In this document: positions 1-8,700 of the stretch, in pieces
How the letters are laid out: every line of letters starts with the position of its first letter
How positions within the stretch are numbered: the first letter of the stretch is position 1
Source of the DNA: Nanobdellota archaeon
GTDB lineage: Archaea > Nanobdellota > Nanobdellia > SCGC-AAA011-G17 > JACPNG01
Reading direction: 5' to 3'
DNA length: 14,324 bases
Assembly (NCBI GenBank): GCA_038046345.1
Contig: JBBSWJ010000020.1
Span: 1 to 14,324 of the forward strand
Made by a program: the position numbers and the translations under genes
Notes under the pieces: generated by a model
Seen by the model: the letters and a program-made list of their open reading frames with translations, nothing else
What the model was told of the DNA's origin: nothing
Databases searched by the model: none

Positions 1-1049
1 CCTGGAGCATATCCGCAGTCAGGATTTAACCAAATTCTTTCAGGATCAATATAATCTGAAATCTTTCTTACTTTTGTTATTATACCGTCTACTGTCTCAA
101 TTTTTTTATTTCTTACATCAATCACACCATAACCAATTTGTAAGTTTTGGGGATAATGCTTTACAAGCTCTATTGGATCACCAGAACCAGGAGTCGCATA
201 TTCTAAAACCAATTGATTAACATTGATGTCAAATAAACCGTCTAAAAATCTTTCGACTCCTACTCCATAAAAAGGAGAATCCGCGTTAGGCCAATGGCAA
301 ATATGCATTGATATGTGCAAATCCTTGATACCTTCAACAGCTTTATTCACCATATCTATCGCAAGTTCTAATTCTTCTTTGAAGCCACGGTATTCTTGTT
401 CATTAAGAATTCCAAAAATTCTTCTATACCTATCAGGCTCTTTGGGAGTAGCTTCCAATAAATTTCCTATCATTGGTTCATCTATTTGGACAGTACTCAC
501 ACCTTTGTCACGTAAGCGGACAAGTTCCTGCCTAATAAGTTTTGCATATACATACCCCAATTCTTCTGGTTCGCGATAAACCGGCCCAGACAATTTCTTA
601 TGCCACGTTTCCCACATTAGCAGATACGGAGAAGGCAGAGTTATCTTTACTGGTTTTGAAGAATATTTTCTTATTCTCTCAAGTTCATCAATAGTAAGCA
701 CTACGTCGTCAGGTAAGCGTTCTACTGGAATAGCTCTTGTGTACGGAATATGTGTATTGAGTTGCCTTAAAATTTTCAATGCATCTGGGTGCACTTCCCT
801 TATGTGCTTCATTTGCATGCCTGGGATTTTTTGACCAACAAAAGTAACAAAACTTACTCTTCCCTGTTCTCCATCGGTTATTACATCCAGACCAATTTTC
901 TCTTCCTCTTCTATGGTTTCTTGGATAGCATGATCAATTTGTAAATCTAATTCGTCTTTAGGGGCTTGACCCTTATTATATCTATTAAATGTATCTATCA
1001 ACGTCTTGGAACGAGGAAAGCTACCAACGACGGAAGTTGTAAATTTCAT
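1..1049 (-). CDS. metE: Cobalamin-independent methionine synthase II family protein, single catalytic barrel (core-MetE type); 3' end runs off the window
   Basis: Hand-translated from ATG at 1049; open to base 1: MKFTTSVVGSFPRS...DVITDGEQGR...VQIDEP...MHICHWP...LVLEYA...GVIDVR...IWLNPDCGYAP. The Zn-ligand pattern HxC, E, C is present. Missing from the ORF track, presumably because there is no stop in the window. Confidence 0.88.
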   Translation of the reverse strand, partial: MKFTTSVVGSFPRSKTLIDTFNRYNKGQAPKDELDLQIDHAIQETIEEEEKIGLDVITDGEQGRVSFVTFVGQKIPGMQMKHIREVHPDALKILRQLNTHIPYTRAIPVERLPDDVVLTIDELERIRKYSSKPVKITLPSPYLLMWETWHKKLSGPVYREPEELGYVYAKLIRQELVRLRDKGVSTVQIDEPMIGNLLEATPKEPDRYRRIFGILNEQEYRGFKEELELAIDMVNKAVEGIKDLHISMHICHWPNADSPFYGVGVERFLDGLFDINVNQLVLEYATPGSGDPIELVKHYPQNLQIGYGVIDVRNKKIETVDGIITKVRKISDYIDPERIWLNPDCGYAP

Positions 1050-1071
1050 AGATTAAACAGTTTCACGATTA

Positions 1072-1079
1072 TATTTAAA
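1072..1079 (-). promoter_or_regulatory. TATA box of the metE-like gene
   Basis: TTTAAATA on the minus strand, centred ~26 bp upstream of ATG 1049, preceded by purine-rich BRE-like GGAAGAA. Confidence 0.55.
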
Positions 1080-1166
1080 TTCTTCCTTAATTGCAGGATA
1101 ATTCCTTGTTTTATTTAGCCTAATAAAAAGTCCATACAACGCAACAAATCACAACCCCCAAAACCC

Positions 1167-1188
1167 TTATAAATAAGACACTTGTCTT
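1167..1188 (+). promoter_or_regulatory. TATA box plus palindromic operator candidate for the HTH-topA unit
   Basis: TTATAAAT (1167-1174) centred ~25 bp before ATG 1196, immediately followed by AAGACA-CT-TGTCTT (1175-1188). Confidence 0.5.
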
Positions 1189-1195
1189 GAGCACC

Positions 1196-1399
1196 ATGAA
1201 ACAAAAGCAACCCGATCAAAAAAAACTTGAACTAATCCTAAAAACACTAAAAGCACACCCACAAGGACTTTGGATAAGAGAAATAGCAAGAAAAACAAAC
1301 CTTGACAAATCTTTAGTATCCAGATACATAAATGAACACCTAAAAAACCATGTAAACCTATCTACAAACCTACCAATTAAACTGGTGAAACTAAAATGA
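1196..1399 (+). CDS. Small (winged) helix-turn-helix DNA-binding protein
   Basis: LWIREIARKTNLDKSLVSRYIN is a typical HTH. ATG 1196 is preferred to TTG 1187 because of TATA spacing. The stop overlaps the topA start (ATGA, 1396-1399). Confidence 0.75.
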   Translation: MKQKQPDQKKLELILKTLKAHPQGLWIREIARKTNLDKSLVSRYINEHLKNHVNLSTNLPIKLVKLK

Positions 1400-4300
1400 C
1401 CCAACTAATAATCTGTGAAAAACCATCAGCAGCAGAAAGAATTGCAAACGCACTTGCAGAAGGAAAAATAGAAAAGAAAACCATAGAAAAAGTATCATAC
1501 TATATCATCAACAGAAATAAAAAAAAGATAATCATTGGATGCGCAGTAGGCCATTTATACAATATCGCAGAAAAAGACAAAAAAGGATGGACATATCCTG
1601 TGTTCTCTGTAGAATGGAAACCATCATCTGAAGTATCAAAAACAGCAGCATTTTCAAAGAAATATTTAGATTTAATATTAAAACTCGCAAAAGAAGCAGA
1701 CTCCTTCATCGTGGCCAGCGTTGATTATAATGAACCAACCCCTATACTCGAAAATGGAGTCATGAAGATAGTAAGAATTGGGGAAATAATAGAAAATATA
1801 ATCGACAACAAGAAAAACATCGAAGACTATTGGGTACCAGCATTTGGTGATGATGGAATAATTTCTTTCAGGCCTTTGAAACGTGCGATAAGGCATAAAA
1901 TCAAAGAAGATTTATATGAGGTAAAACTAAATTACGGAAGAACGATCAAGCTGACCTCTTCTCACAATGTGTTTATTCTAGAAAATGGCAGAATAAAGAA
2001 TGTCAAAACTACTGATCTAAAACATGGCATGAAAGTACTCTGCCCATCAATCATCCCTGCATTTTCTAGTACAAATAAAGAGCTTAATTTCTTGGAACTT
2101 TTGGACCACAATAGTTCAAGAGATATTTTTGTTGAAGGCCAAGATATCGCAAAAATCATTAAAGAAAGGACGTTCAATAAAGAACGATCTAAATCCCCGC
2201 TTAGTGAGGAAAGACTTGCATTAACAGAAGCAGGAGCCATGAAATTAAAAAGATCAAGGCTGTCAAAAGGATTCCCAACAAGCGTTGTTGCTAGATTAGC
2301 AGGTGTTTCACAGCCAACAATAGTCTGCTGGGAGAATCATAGAAACAACCCGACAATCTCGAATCTATCAAGGTATCTCCCGGTTATTGGAATTAGTTCT
2401 GAAGGATTTTTAGAGAATAAGGATTACTGCAGACGCTTACTACCATCTTTTACTAATTTACTTCAACATGTTTATAATACCCAATTCAAAAATTACAGTA
2501 ATTTTTCTAGAGCCACAATCCAATTAAAAGACTTGAAGCAAGAGGATTTGGCAAGGATAAAAAATGCCTATATTTATGGTTCAAAAAATAAGAGAAACAA
2601 ATTACCGATAAAGATCTCATTCGATATGAACCTAGTTAGAATTTTAGGATATTATTTAGCTGAAGGAGACATTAATCAAAACTATCGTATTAGGTTTAGT
2701 TTAGGGCTCCCAGGATTTGGGCATGAAAGCAGGATAATTAAAGACGTGAAAAACTTTTGTAACTTTTACAACATTCATTATAACGAGTACCTGAACAAAG
2801 GAAGTGGCAGTCAAATCATCACCGTTGACAACTCTGTTCTTGCTGCATCTTTCAAATTGTTACTAAATTTTGGCGGAGAGAATGCAAGAGAAAAAAGAAT
2901 ACCATCGATTATATATGGGTTGCCAGAAAAACTAAAGTTAGAGTTCTTACAAGCTTATTTTCTTGGAGATGGTTCAGTTTCAGAGAGTGGAATTAGTTTT
3001 AATACATCTAGTGAATGGTTAGCATATGATTTAAGGTATCTGCTCCTTCAATTTGGAATTTCTACTTCAATTTATACAGCAGAAAAGTCAGGCAAGAGTG
3101 ACAAACCATCTTGGCAAATTATCGTTACCGGCTCAAGTGATTTAGCAAAACTTAGAAAAGTATGGCAATATCATCACAAGAGTAACTTATTAAACATTTC
3201 TGCGCATCCAAAAGAAAAAAAATATATTAGCAACAAATTTGGGAATCTCATCCAGTTACCTATCAAAGAAATAAAAAAAATTAAGCCATCTAGCAGATAT
3301 GTTTATGATTTTTCTGTTGACGGAGAGAACTTTATCGCGGGAAATGGTGGTATCTGTTGCCATAATACAGATTATGATCTAGAAGGAGAAGTAATTGGAC
3401 TAAATGTAATACGCTTTGCTTGCAAGAAGAACGATGCAGACCGCATGAAATTTTCCACCTTAACAAAAGATGAGCTAATTGATGCTTATGAAAATCGTCA
3501 AAAACACCTTGACTGGCAACAAGCTGAAGCAGGAGAAACACGGCATATACTTGACTGGTTTTATGGAATGAACCTATCAAGAGCATTATCACTTTCAATA
3601 AAAGCAGCAGGGTCATTCAAAATCATGTCCTCTGGAAGAGTTCAAGGACCAACATTAAACATTCTTGCTGAAAGAGAAAATGAAATCAAAATATTTAAAC
3701 CAGAACCTTTCTGGCAAATTGAACTAAATACTACCAATAAAATTAATGCTTGGCATGTTGAAGATAAATTCTGGGATAAAGATAAAGCTACAAAAATATT
3801 CCAAAATACAAAAAATCATCCAGCTATTGTAAGCAAGATTTCAAAAAATGAATTTAGCCAACCACCACCTAACCCATTTGATCTTACAAGTTTACAGCTT
3901 GAAGCATATAAAACTTTAAAGATTTCTCCAAAAAACACATTACAGTTAGCTCAAAACCTATACTCTGCAGGTTGTATTTCATATCCACGAACAAGTTCTA
4001 ACCAGCTTCCACCTTCCTTAAACTATAAAAAAATTATTTCATCTTTGAAAAAACAAAAAGCTTATTCAAAAATTTGTGAAGATTTACTAAAACAAACTAA
4101 CTTAATGCCTAATAACGGCAAGAAAACAGATCCTGCTCATCCAGCAATATACCCTAGTGGAGAAACACCAAAAACCTCATCTCAAAAACAAAAACAACTT
4201 TATGACTTAATTGTTAGAAGAACCTTATCATCCTTTAGCACGCCTGCCTTTAGGGAAACTATCACTTTAGAAATTGATGTAAACAAAGAACTGTTTAAAG

Positions 4301-5127
4301 CTAAAGGAACAATCACAAAAATTCCAGGATGGCATTCTATTTATGCTCATTTTGTTAAATTAAAAGAAGAAGAACTTCCTAAGGTAGAAGAAGGACAAAA
4401 ATTAAATGTAAAATCCATTGACTTACACGAAAAAGAAACTCAACCACCAAAAAGATTTACTCCGGCTTCAATTATAAAAGAACTCGAAACTAAAAATTTG
4501 GGAACCAAATCAACGCGCGCATCAGTAGTAGACTCCTTATTTCAACGTAATTATCTAACTGGAGAATCTTCAATTGAAGTAACTGATCTTGGGCTAAAAA
4601 CAATTGATACCCTTAAAAAATACTGCCCTGAAATTCTTGATGAAGAACTTACTCGACATTTTGAACAAGAGATGGAACAAATTCGTGATAAAAAGAAAAA
4701 AGGTACAGAAGTTATACAAGAAGCTGAGATAGTACTTAAAAAATTATTAAAACATTTTAAACAAAATGAACTACAGATTGGCACCGCTTTACTAAAAGCA
4801 AATAGAGAAACTCAGGATAATGCAAGTATTCTCGGTAAATGTTATGTTTGTAATAAAGGAGAGCTCCGCCTTATGTCTTCAAGAAAAAGCAGAAAGAAGT
4901 TTGCGGCATGCAACCAATATCCTAAATGCAAAACAACTTATAGCATTCCTACTGGAAAGATTTTACCTAGCTCTAAAGAATGCGAATTCTGTAAAACCCC
5001 TATAATCAAAGTTATACGTGAAGGTAAACGCCCATTCAATATGTGCCTAACTTATGATTGTAAGTCTAAAGAAACTTGGGGCAAGAAAGATGACACTAAA
5101 AACCAACCCCAGACTGAAGAATCTTAA
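1396..5127 (+). CDS. topA: DNA topoisomerase IA (archaeal TopA/Top3 type), intein-containing; 1243-aa precursor, 693-aa mature protein
   Basis: TOPRIM LIICEKPSAA, GHLY, A|TDYDLEGE, SSGRVQGPTL, active-site ISYPRTSS (Tyr codon 3982-3984), AHPAIYP, LGTKSTRA, C-terminal Cys-rich zinc ribbons. Confidence 0.96.
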   Translation: MTQLIICEKPSAAERIANALAEGKIEKKTIEKVSYYIINRNKKKIIIGCAVGHLYNIAEKDKKGWTYPVFSVEWKPSSEVSKTAAFSKKYLDLILKLAKEADSFIVASVDYNEPTPILENGVMKIVRIGEIIENIIDNKKNIEDYWVPAFGDDGIISFRPLKRAIRHKIKEDLYEVKLNYGRTIKLTSSHNVFILENGRIKNVKTTDLKHGMKVLCPSIIPAFSSTNKELNFLELLDHNSSRDIFVEGQDIAKIIKERTFNKERSKSPLSEERLALTEAGAMKLKRSRLSKGFPTSVVARLAGVSQPTIVCWENHRNNPTISNLSRYLPVIGISSEGFLENKDYCRRLLPSFTNLLQHVYNTQFKNYSNFSRATIQLKDLKQEDLARIKNAYIYGSKNKRNKLPIKISFDMNLVRILGYYLAEGDINQNYRIRFSLGLPGFGHESRIIKDVKNFCNFYNIHYNEYLNKGSGSQIITVDNSVLAASFKLLLNFGGENAREKRIPSIIYGLPEKLKLEFLQAYFLGDGSVSESGISFNTSSEWLAYDLRYLLLQFGISTSIYTAEKSGKSDKPSWQIIVTGSSDLAKLRKVWQYHHKSNLLNISAHPKEKKYISNKFGNLIQLPIKEIKKIKPSSRYVYDFSVDGENFIAGNGGICCHNTDYDLEGEVIGLNVIRFACKKNDADRMKFSTLTKDELIDAYENRQKHLDWQQAEAGETRHILDWFYGMNLSRALSLSIKAAGSFKIMSSGRVQGPTLNILAERENEIKIFKPEPFWQIELNTTNKINAWHVEDKFWDKDKATKIFQNTKNHPAIVSKISKNEFSQPPPNPFDLTSLQLEAYKTLKISPKNTLQLAQNLYSAGCISYPRTSSNQLPPSLNYKKIISSLKKQKAYSKICEDLLKQTNLMPNNGKKTDPAHPAIYPSGETPKTSSQKQKQLYDLIVRRTLSSFSTPAFRETITLEIDVNKELFKAKGTITKIPGWHSIYAHFVKLKEEELPKVEEGQKLNVKSIDLHEKETQPPKRFTPASIIKELETKNLGTKSTRASVVDSLFQRNYLTGESSIEVTDLGLKTIDTLKKYCPEILDEELTRHFEQEMEQIRDKKKKGTEVIQEAEIVLKKLLKHFKQNELQIGTALLKANRETQDNASILGKCYVCNKGELRLMSSRKSRKKFAACNQYPKCKTTYSIPTGKILPSSKECEFCKTPIIKVIREGKRPFNMCLTYDCKSKETWGKKDDTKNQPQTEES
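1717..3366 (+). mobile_element. Intein in TopA (550 aa) with LAGLIDADG homing endonuclease and an XRE-type HTH insert
   Basis: Block A SVDYNEPTPI (Ser1), block B LTSSHNVF, block C LGYYLAEGD (2644-2670), block E FLQAYFLGDGS, block H LAYDLRYLLLQFGI, blocks F/G VYDFSVDGENFIAGNGGICCHN, +1 Thr. Removing it restores IVA-TDYDLEGE. Confidence 0.94.
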
Positions 5128-5707
5128 AAGGAATTTGTTTCTCTTCGGGTCTTTCTCTAAAAATCTTTCTTGGTTCTTTTTGTAAAAAAAAAATACTATC
5201 CGCCCAAGGTTTTAATATCTTTTCAGCAGTCATGTGCAACTTTCCTGTTTTCAAATCTTGATACACTTGATTTGTTAAAATTATTGGCAACTGTTTTGAT
5301 ATCTTCCTTAATGTTCTTATCTGCCAATCTAATAATTGTTGTAGTTTTTTTGGATCTTTCTTAACCTCCATTCTAAAATGCACCCCGATTGTATCAATTA
5401 CTATCAGACTGATATCTTTTAATTCAGATATTTTTTTAACAACCTTAACCTGCTGATAATAGTTTTTTGGAGAAAAAATTATCAAGTTGTCTATAAACTT
5501 ATCATGATCGGGAGCAAGCTGTTTTATACGTTCAATAGACAAACTGTTTTCTGCATCAACAAATACTACCTTTTTTTCTTTTCTTGCTTGTTCAAGCGCT
5601 GCAATTACTGCAAGAGTAGTCTTACCAGTAGCTGCCTCTCCGTAAACTATATTTAACCCATCATACTTAAAAAAAGAATCAAGATACCTGCTACCTGTAC
5701 TTATCAT
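5096..5707 (-). CDS. radB: DNA repair/recombination protein RadB (RecA-family paralog)
   Basis: 203 aa; ISTGSRYLD, Walker A GEAATGKTT, VVFVDAE, Walker B LIVIDTIG, IILTNQVY. No RadA N-terminal domain. Overlaps the topA 3' end by 32 nt (convergent). Confidence 0.85.
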   Translation of the reverse strand: MISTGSRYLDSFFKYDGLNIVYGEAATGKTTLAVIAALEQARKEKKVVFVDAENSLSIERIKQLAPDHDKFIDNLIIFSPKNYYQQVKVVKKISELKDISLIVIDTIGVHFRMEVKKDPKKLQQLLDWQIRTLRKISKQLPIILTNQVYQDLKTGKLHMTAEKILKPWADSIFFLQKEPRKIFRERPEEKQIPFKILQSGVGF

Positions 5708-5791
5708 AAACTAGGGGTATAAATGCCACTTTTTAAGGACTATTATCCCGCTTAAACTCCACACAAAACTTTTTATACACCCCCTAGTTTA
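5707..5791. promoter_or_regulatory. Divergent radB/cdc48 promoter region with an 11-bp inverted repeat
   Basis: radB TATA-like CTTAAAAAG (minus, 5729-5737) and cdc48 TATA TTTTTATA (5770-5777), each ~26 bp from its ATG. TAAACTAGGGG (5707-5717) and CCCCTAGTTTA (5781-5791) are exact reverse complements. Confidence 0.55.
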
Positions 5792-5798
5792 TTTTAAC

Positions 5799-8700
5799 AT
5801 GCCATCTGAAGCCAATCTAAAAGTTATGGAAGCCCTCCAAGAAGAAGCATATAAAGGAATTATCCGCATAGATGCAGAAACAATGAACCTAATAGGTGTA
5901 AGACCCGGAGAAATAGTAGAAATTGAAGGAGCAAGAATAACAGCAGGGATTGTAGACAGAGCATACCCCACTGATGTCGGCCAATCAGTAATAAGAATGG
6001 ATGGAATCATCAGAAGGAACGCCAAAACAGGGATTGGAGAATATGTCAAAGTAAGAAGAGCAGACGTAAAAGAAGCAAAAACAGTTCAAGTTGCACCTGC
6101 ACAAAAAGGAGTAATGATTCAAGCTGATCCTGAACTATTCAAAAGATCACTACTTGGAAGAGCCGTTCTTAAAGGAGATATCATAAGCCCTGGCGGAACA
6201 AAAAGAAGAAGAAGAACAATGAGTGACTCACCATACGGAGATATCTTTGAAGTTTTTGAACATGGATTTATGGGAAGCTTTGGTTTTGGCGGATTAAAAT
6301 TTGTTATAGTCAACTCAAATCCCAAAGGGGTGGTAATTATATCTGATCAAACAGAGATTACTCTATCATCTAAAGCTATTGAAGTATACGAAGAAAAAGT
6401 TCCAGATGTAACCTATGAAGATATTGGAGGATTAGATGATGAAATTAAAAAGATAAGAGAAATGGTTGAACTGCCCTTAAGACATCCTGAAATATTTGAA
6501 AGACTTGGTGTCCAGCCTCCAGGCGGTGTTTTATTACATGGGCTTCCGGGATCTGGAAAAACCTTACTTGCAAAAGCAGTTGCAAATGAATCTGACGCAA
6601 ACTTCTTACTAATCAATGGTCCAGAAATTGTAAATAAATTCTACGGGGAGAGCGAACGAAAACTTCGCGACATCTTTGAAGACGCCGAAAAAAACTCACC
6701 AAGTATTATTTTTATTGACGAGATAGATGCAATAGCACCAAAAAGAGAAGACACACATGGAGAAGTAGAAAGAAGAATTGTTTCAACATTGCTAGTATTA
6801 TTGGACGGACTTAAGTCACGCGGAAAAATTATTGTAATCGCTGCAACAAACAGACCTAATTCAATTGATCCAGCATTAAGACGCCCAGGAAGATTTGATA
6901 GAGAAATAGTGATAGGCGCACCAAACAGAAAAGGCAGATTAGAAGTTTTAAACGTTCATACAAGAAACATGCCTTTAGAAGGTGTTAGCCTTGAAGAACT
7001 TGCAGACATTACCCACGGATTTGTTGGAGCAGACTTACTTGCTTTATGTAAAGAAGCAGCACTGAGCGTGTTAAGAAGATTAATTGTTGAACTACGACTT
7101 GAACAAAAAGAAAAAATACCTCAAGAAACTCTTGAAAAAATTAAAGTCACAAAAAATGATTTCATGGAAGCACTGCGCCTTGTAAGACCTTCTGGATTAA
7201 GAGAAATACTAATTGAAACACCAAATGTTGGATGGAAAGATATTGGAGGTTTAGAAAAACAAAAACAGGAATTAATTGAAGCTGTTGAATGGCCAATAAA
7301 AAATCCTGAAGCATTCAAAAGAATTGGTATTAAAGCACCTAAAGGCATACTACTGTACGGCCCACCAGGCACTGGTAAAACCATGATAGCTAAAGCAGCT
7401 GCTAAGGAATCAGATGCAAACTTTATTTTAGTAAAGGGCCCTGAACTATTAGACATGTGGGTTGGACAGTCTTTACCTTATAATGAAGAGATTCTTATAA
7501 GAAAAAATGGTAATGTCATGCATAAAAAAATTGGCGATATTGTTGAAGGTAAAGAGGAAGTTGACGTGCTATGTTTTGACAAAGATCTTCGAGTTAATTT
7601 CTCACCTATTGAGGACTTTATCAAACACAAAACAAAATCTCAACTTGTAGAAGTAACAACAAAAACAGGCAGAAAAATTAAGGTTACCATGGATCATTCA
7701 CTATTTTCTTTTGTAAATGGTAAGATTGTAAGTACTCCTACTGGGTATCTTATCCCTTATGAAAGTTACATAGCAATACCAAGACGTTTAAATTTACCAA
7801 GAGAGCAGCTTAACCACCTTAATCTTTATAATGGGTTTAAGGAAGATCGTTCTGTTTTTATTGTAGGAGCATCTGACCACCTTAAAAGAGCTAAAAAACT
7901 CCTTGGAAATGATACTGTTGCAAAACTTCTTAACATTAGTAAAAAATACCTTAGCGATATTCTTTCTAGAGATCTTCCAGTTTCACTCCCTTGTTTTATT
8001 GATCTAATGACCAGAGCTAAGCTGGCAGTTGATCATGCTGAAATGAGAGTCAAGCTCAAAGGGAGCACTCACACATACCCAGCAAATTTTGCTATTGATA
8101 GTAACTTTTGGAGGCTTATAGGGGTTTGGGTTGCTGAGGGGGATTTTGAAGAATATATGGTGAGAATTCACAATAAACATCCAGAGATTCGTTCTGATGT
8201 AAAACAAATATGTAACCAATACCATTTCAACTTTTCTGAAAATGAAGATGGTATTTTCATTACGTCTAAGCTTGTGAAAAAGATCTTCCAGGAAATATTA
8301 TGTTTAGGCACTGGGGCATATGCAAAAAAAATACCAACATGCATGTTTACACTTGATAAAAAGAGTAAAGCTAATTTTCTCAAAGGATATTTTAGTGGAG
8401 ATGGAGCAAATTATCCAAAAGCTGATGGAAAATTTGGCATAGAATCTAGTACAATAAGCAAAACTCTTGCAAATGATCTTCTGTATATCCTTCTTGATTT
8501 TGGTATTATTGCAACTAACTATCTTGTTAATAAAGAACCTCACAACCAACAATATAGGCTTTCTATTTTAGGTGTAGAACACTTTAAACGTTTCTTAGAA
8601 ATTGGGTTTATTGACACATTACGGAATGAAAGGATAACTCAATATATCAAGTCAAGAAAATGGAGCCGTTCTGATTTGATACCCTTATCGGGGGGGGTTC

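Noticed and set aside
1187-1195. TTG start for the HTH gene (and likewise TTG 14211 for the last gene)
   Set aside because: Downstream in-frame ATGs (1196, 14202) fit the ~25-bp TATA spacing seen for the other genes.
1396-5127. Reverse gyrase or a fusion protein, suggested by the 1243-aa length
   Set aside because: No helicase motifs; the extra length is fully explained by the 550-aa intein.
5096-5707. RadA recombinase
   Set aside because: Too short and lacks the N-terminal HhH domain and polymerisation motif.
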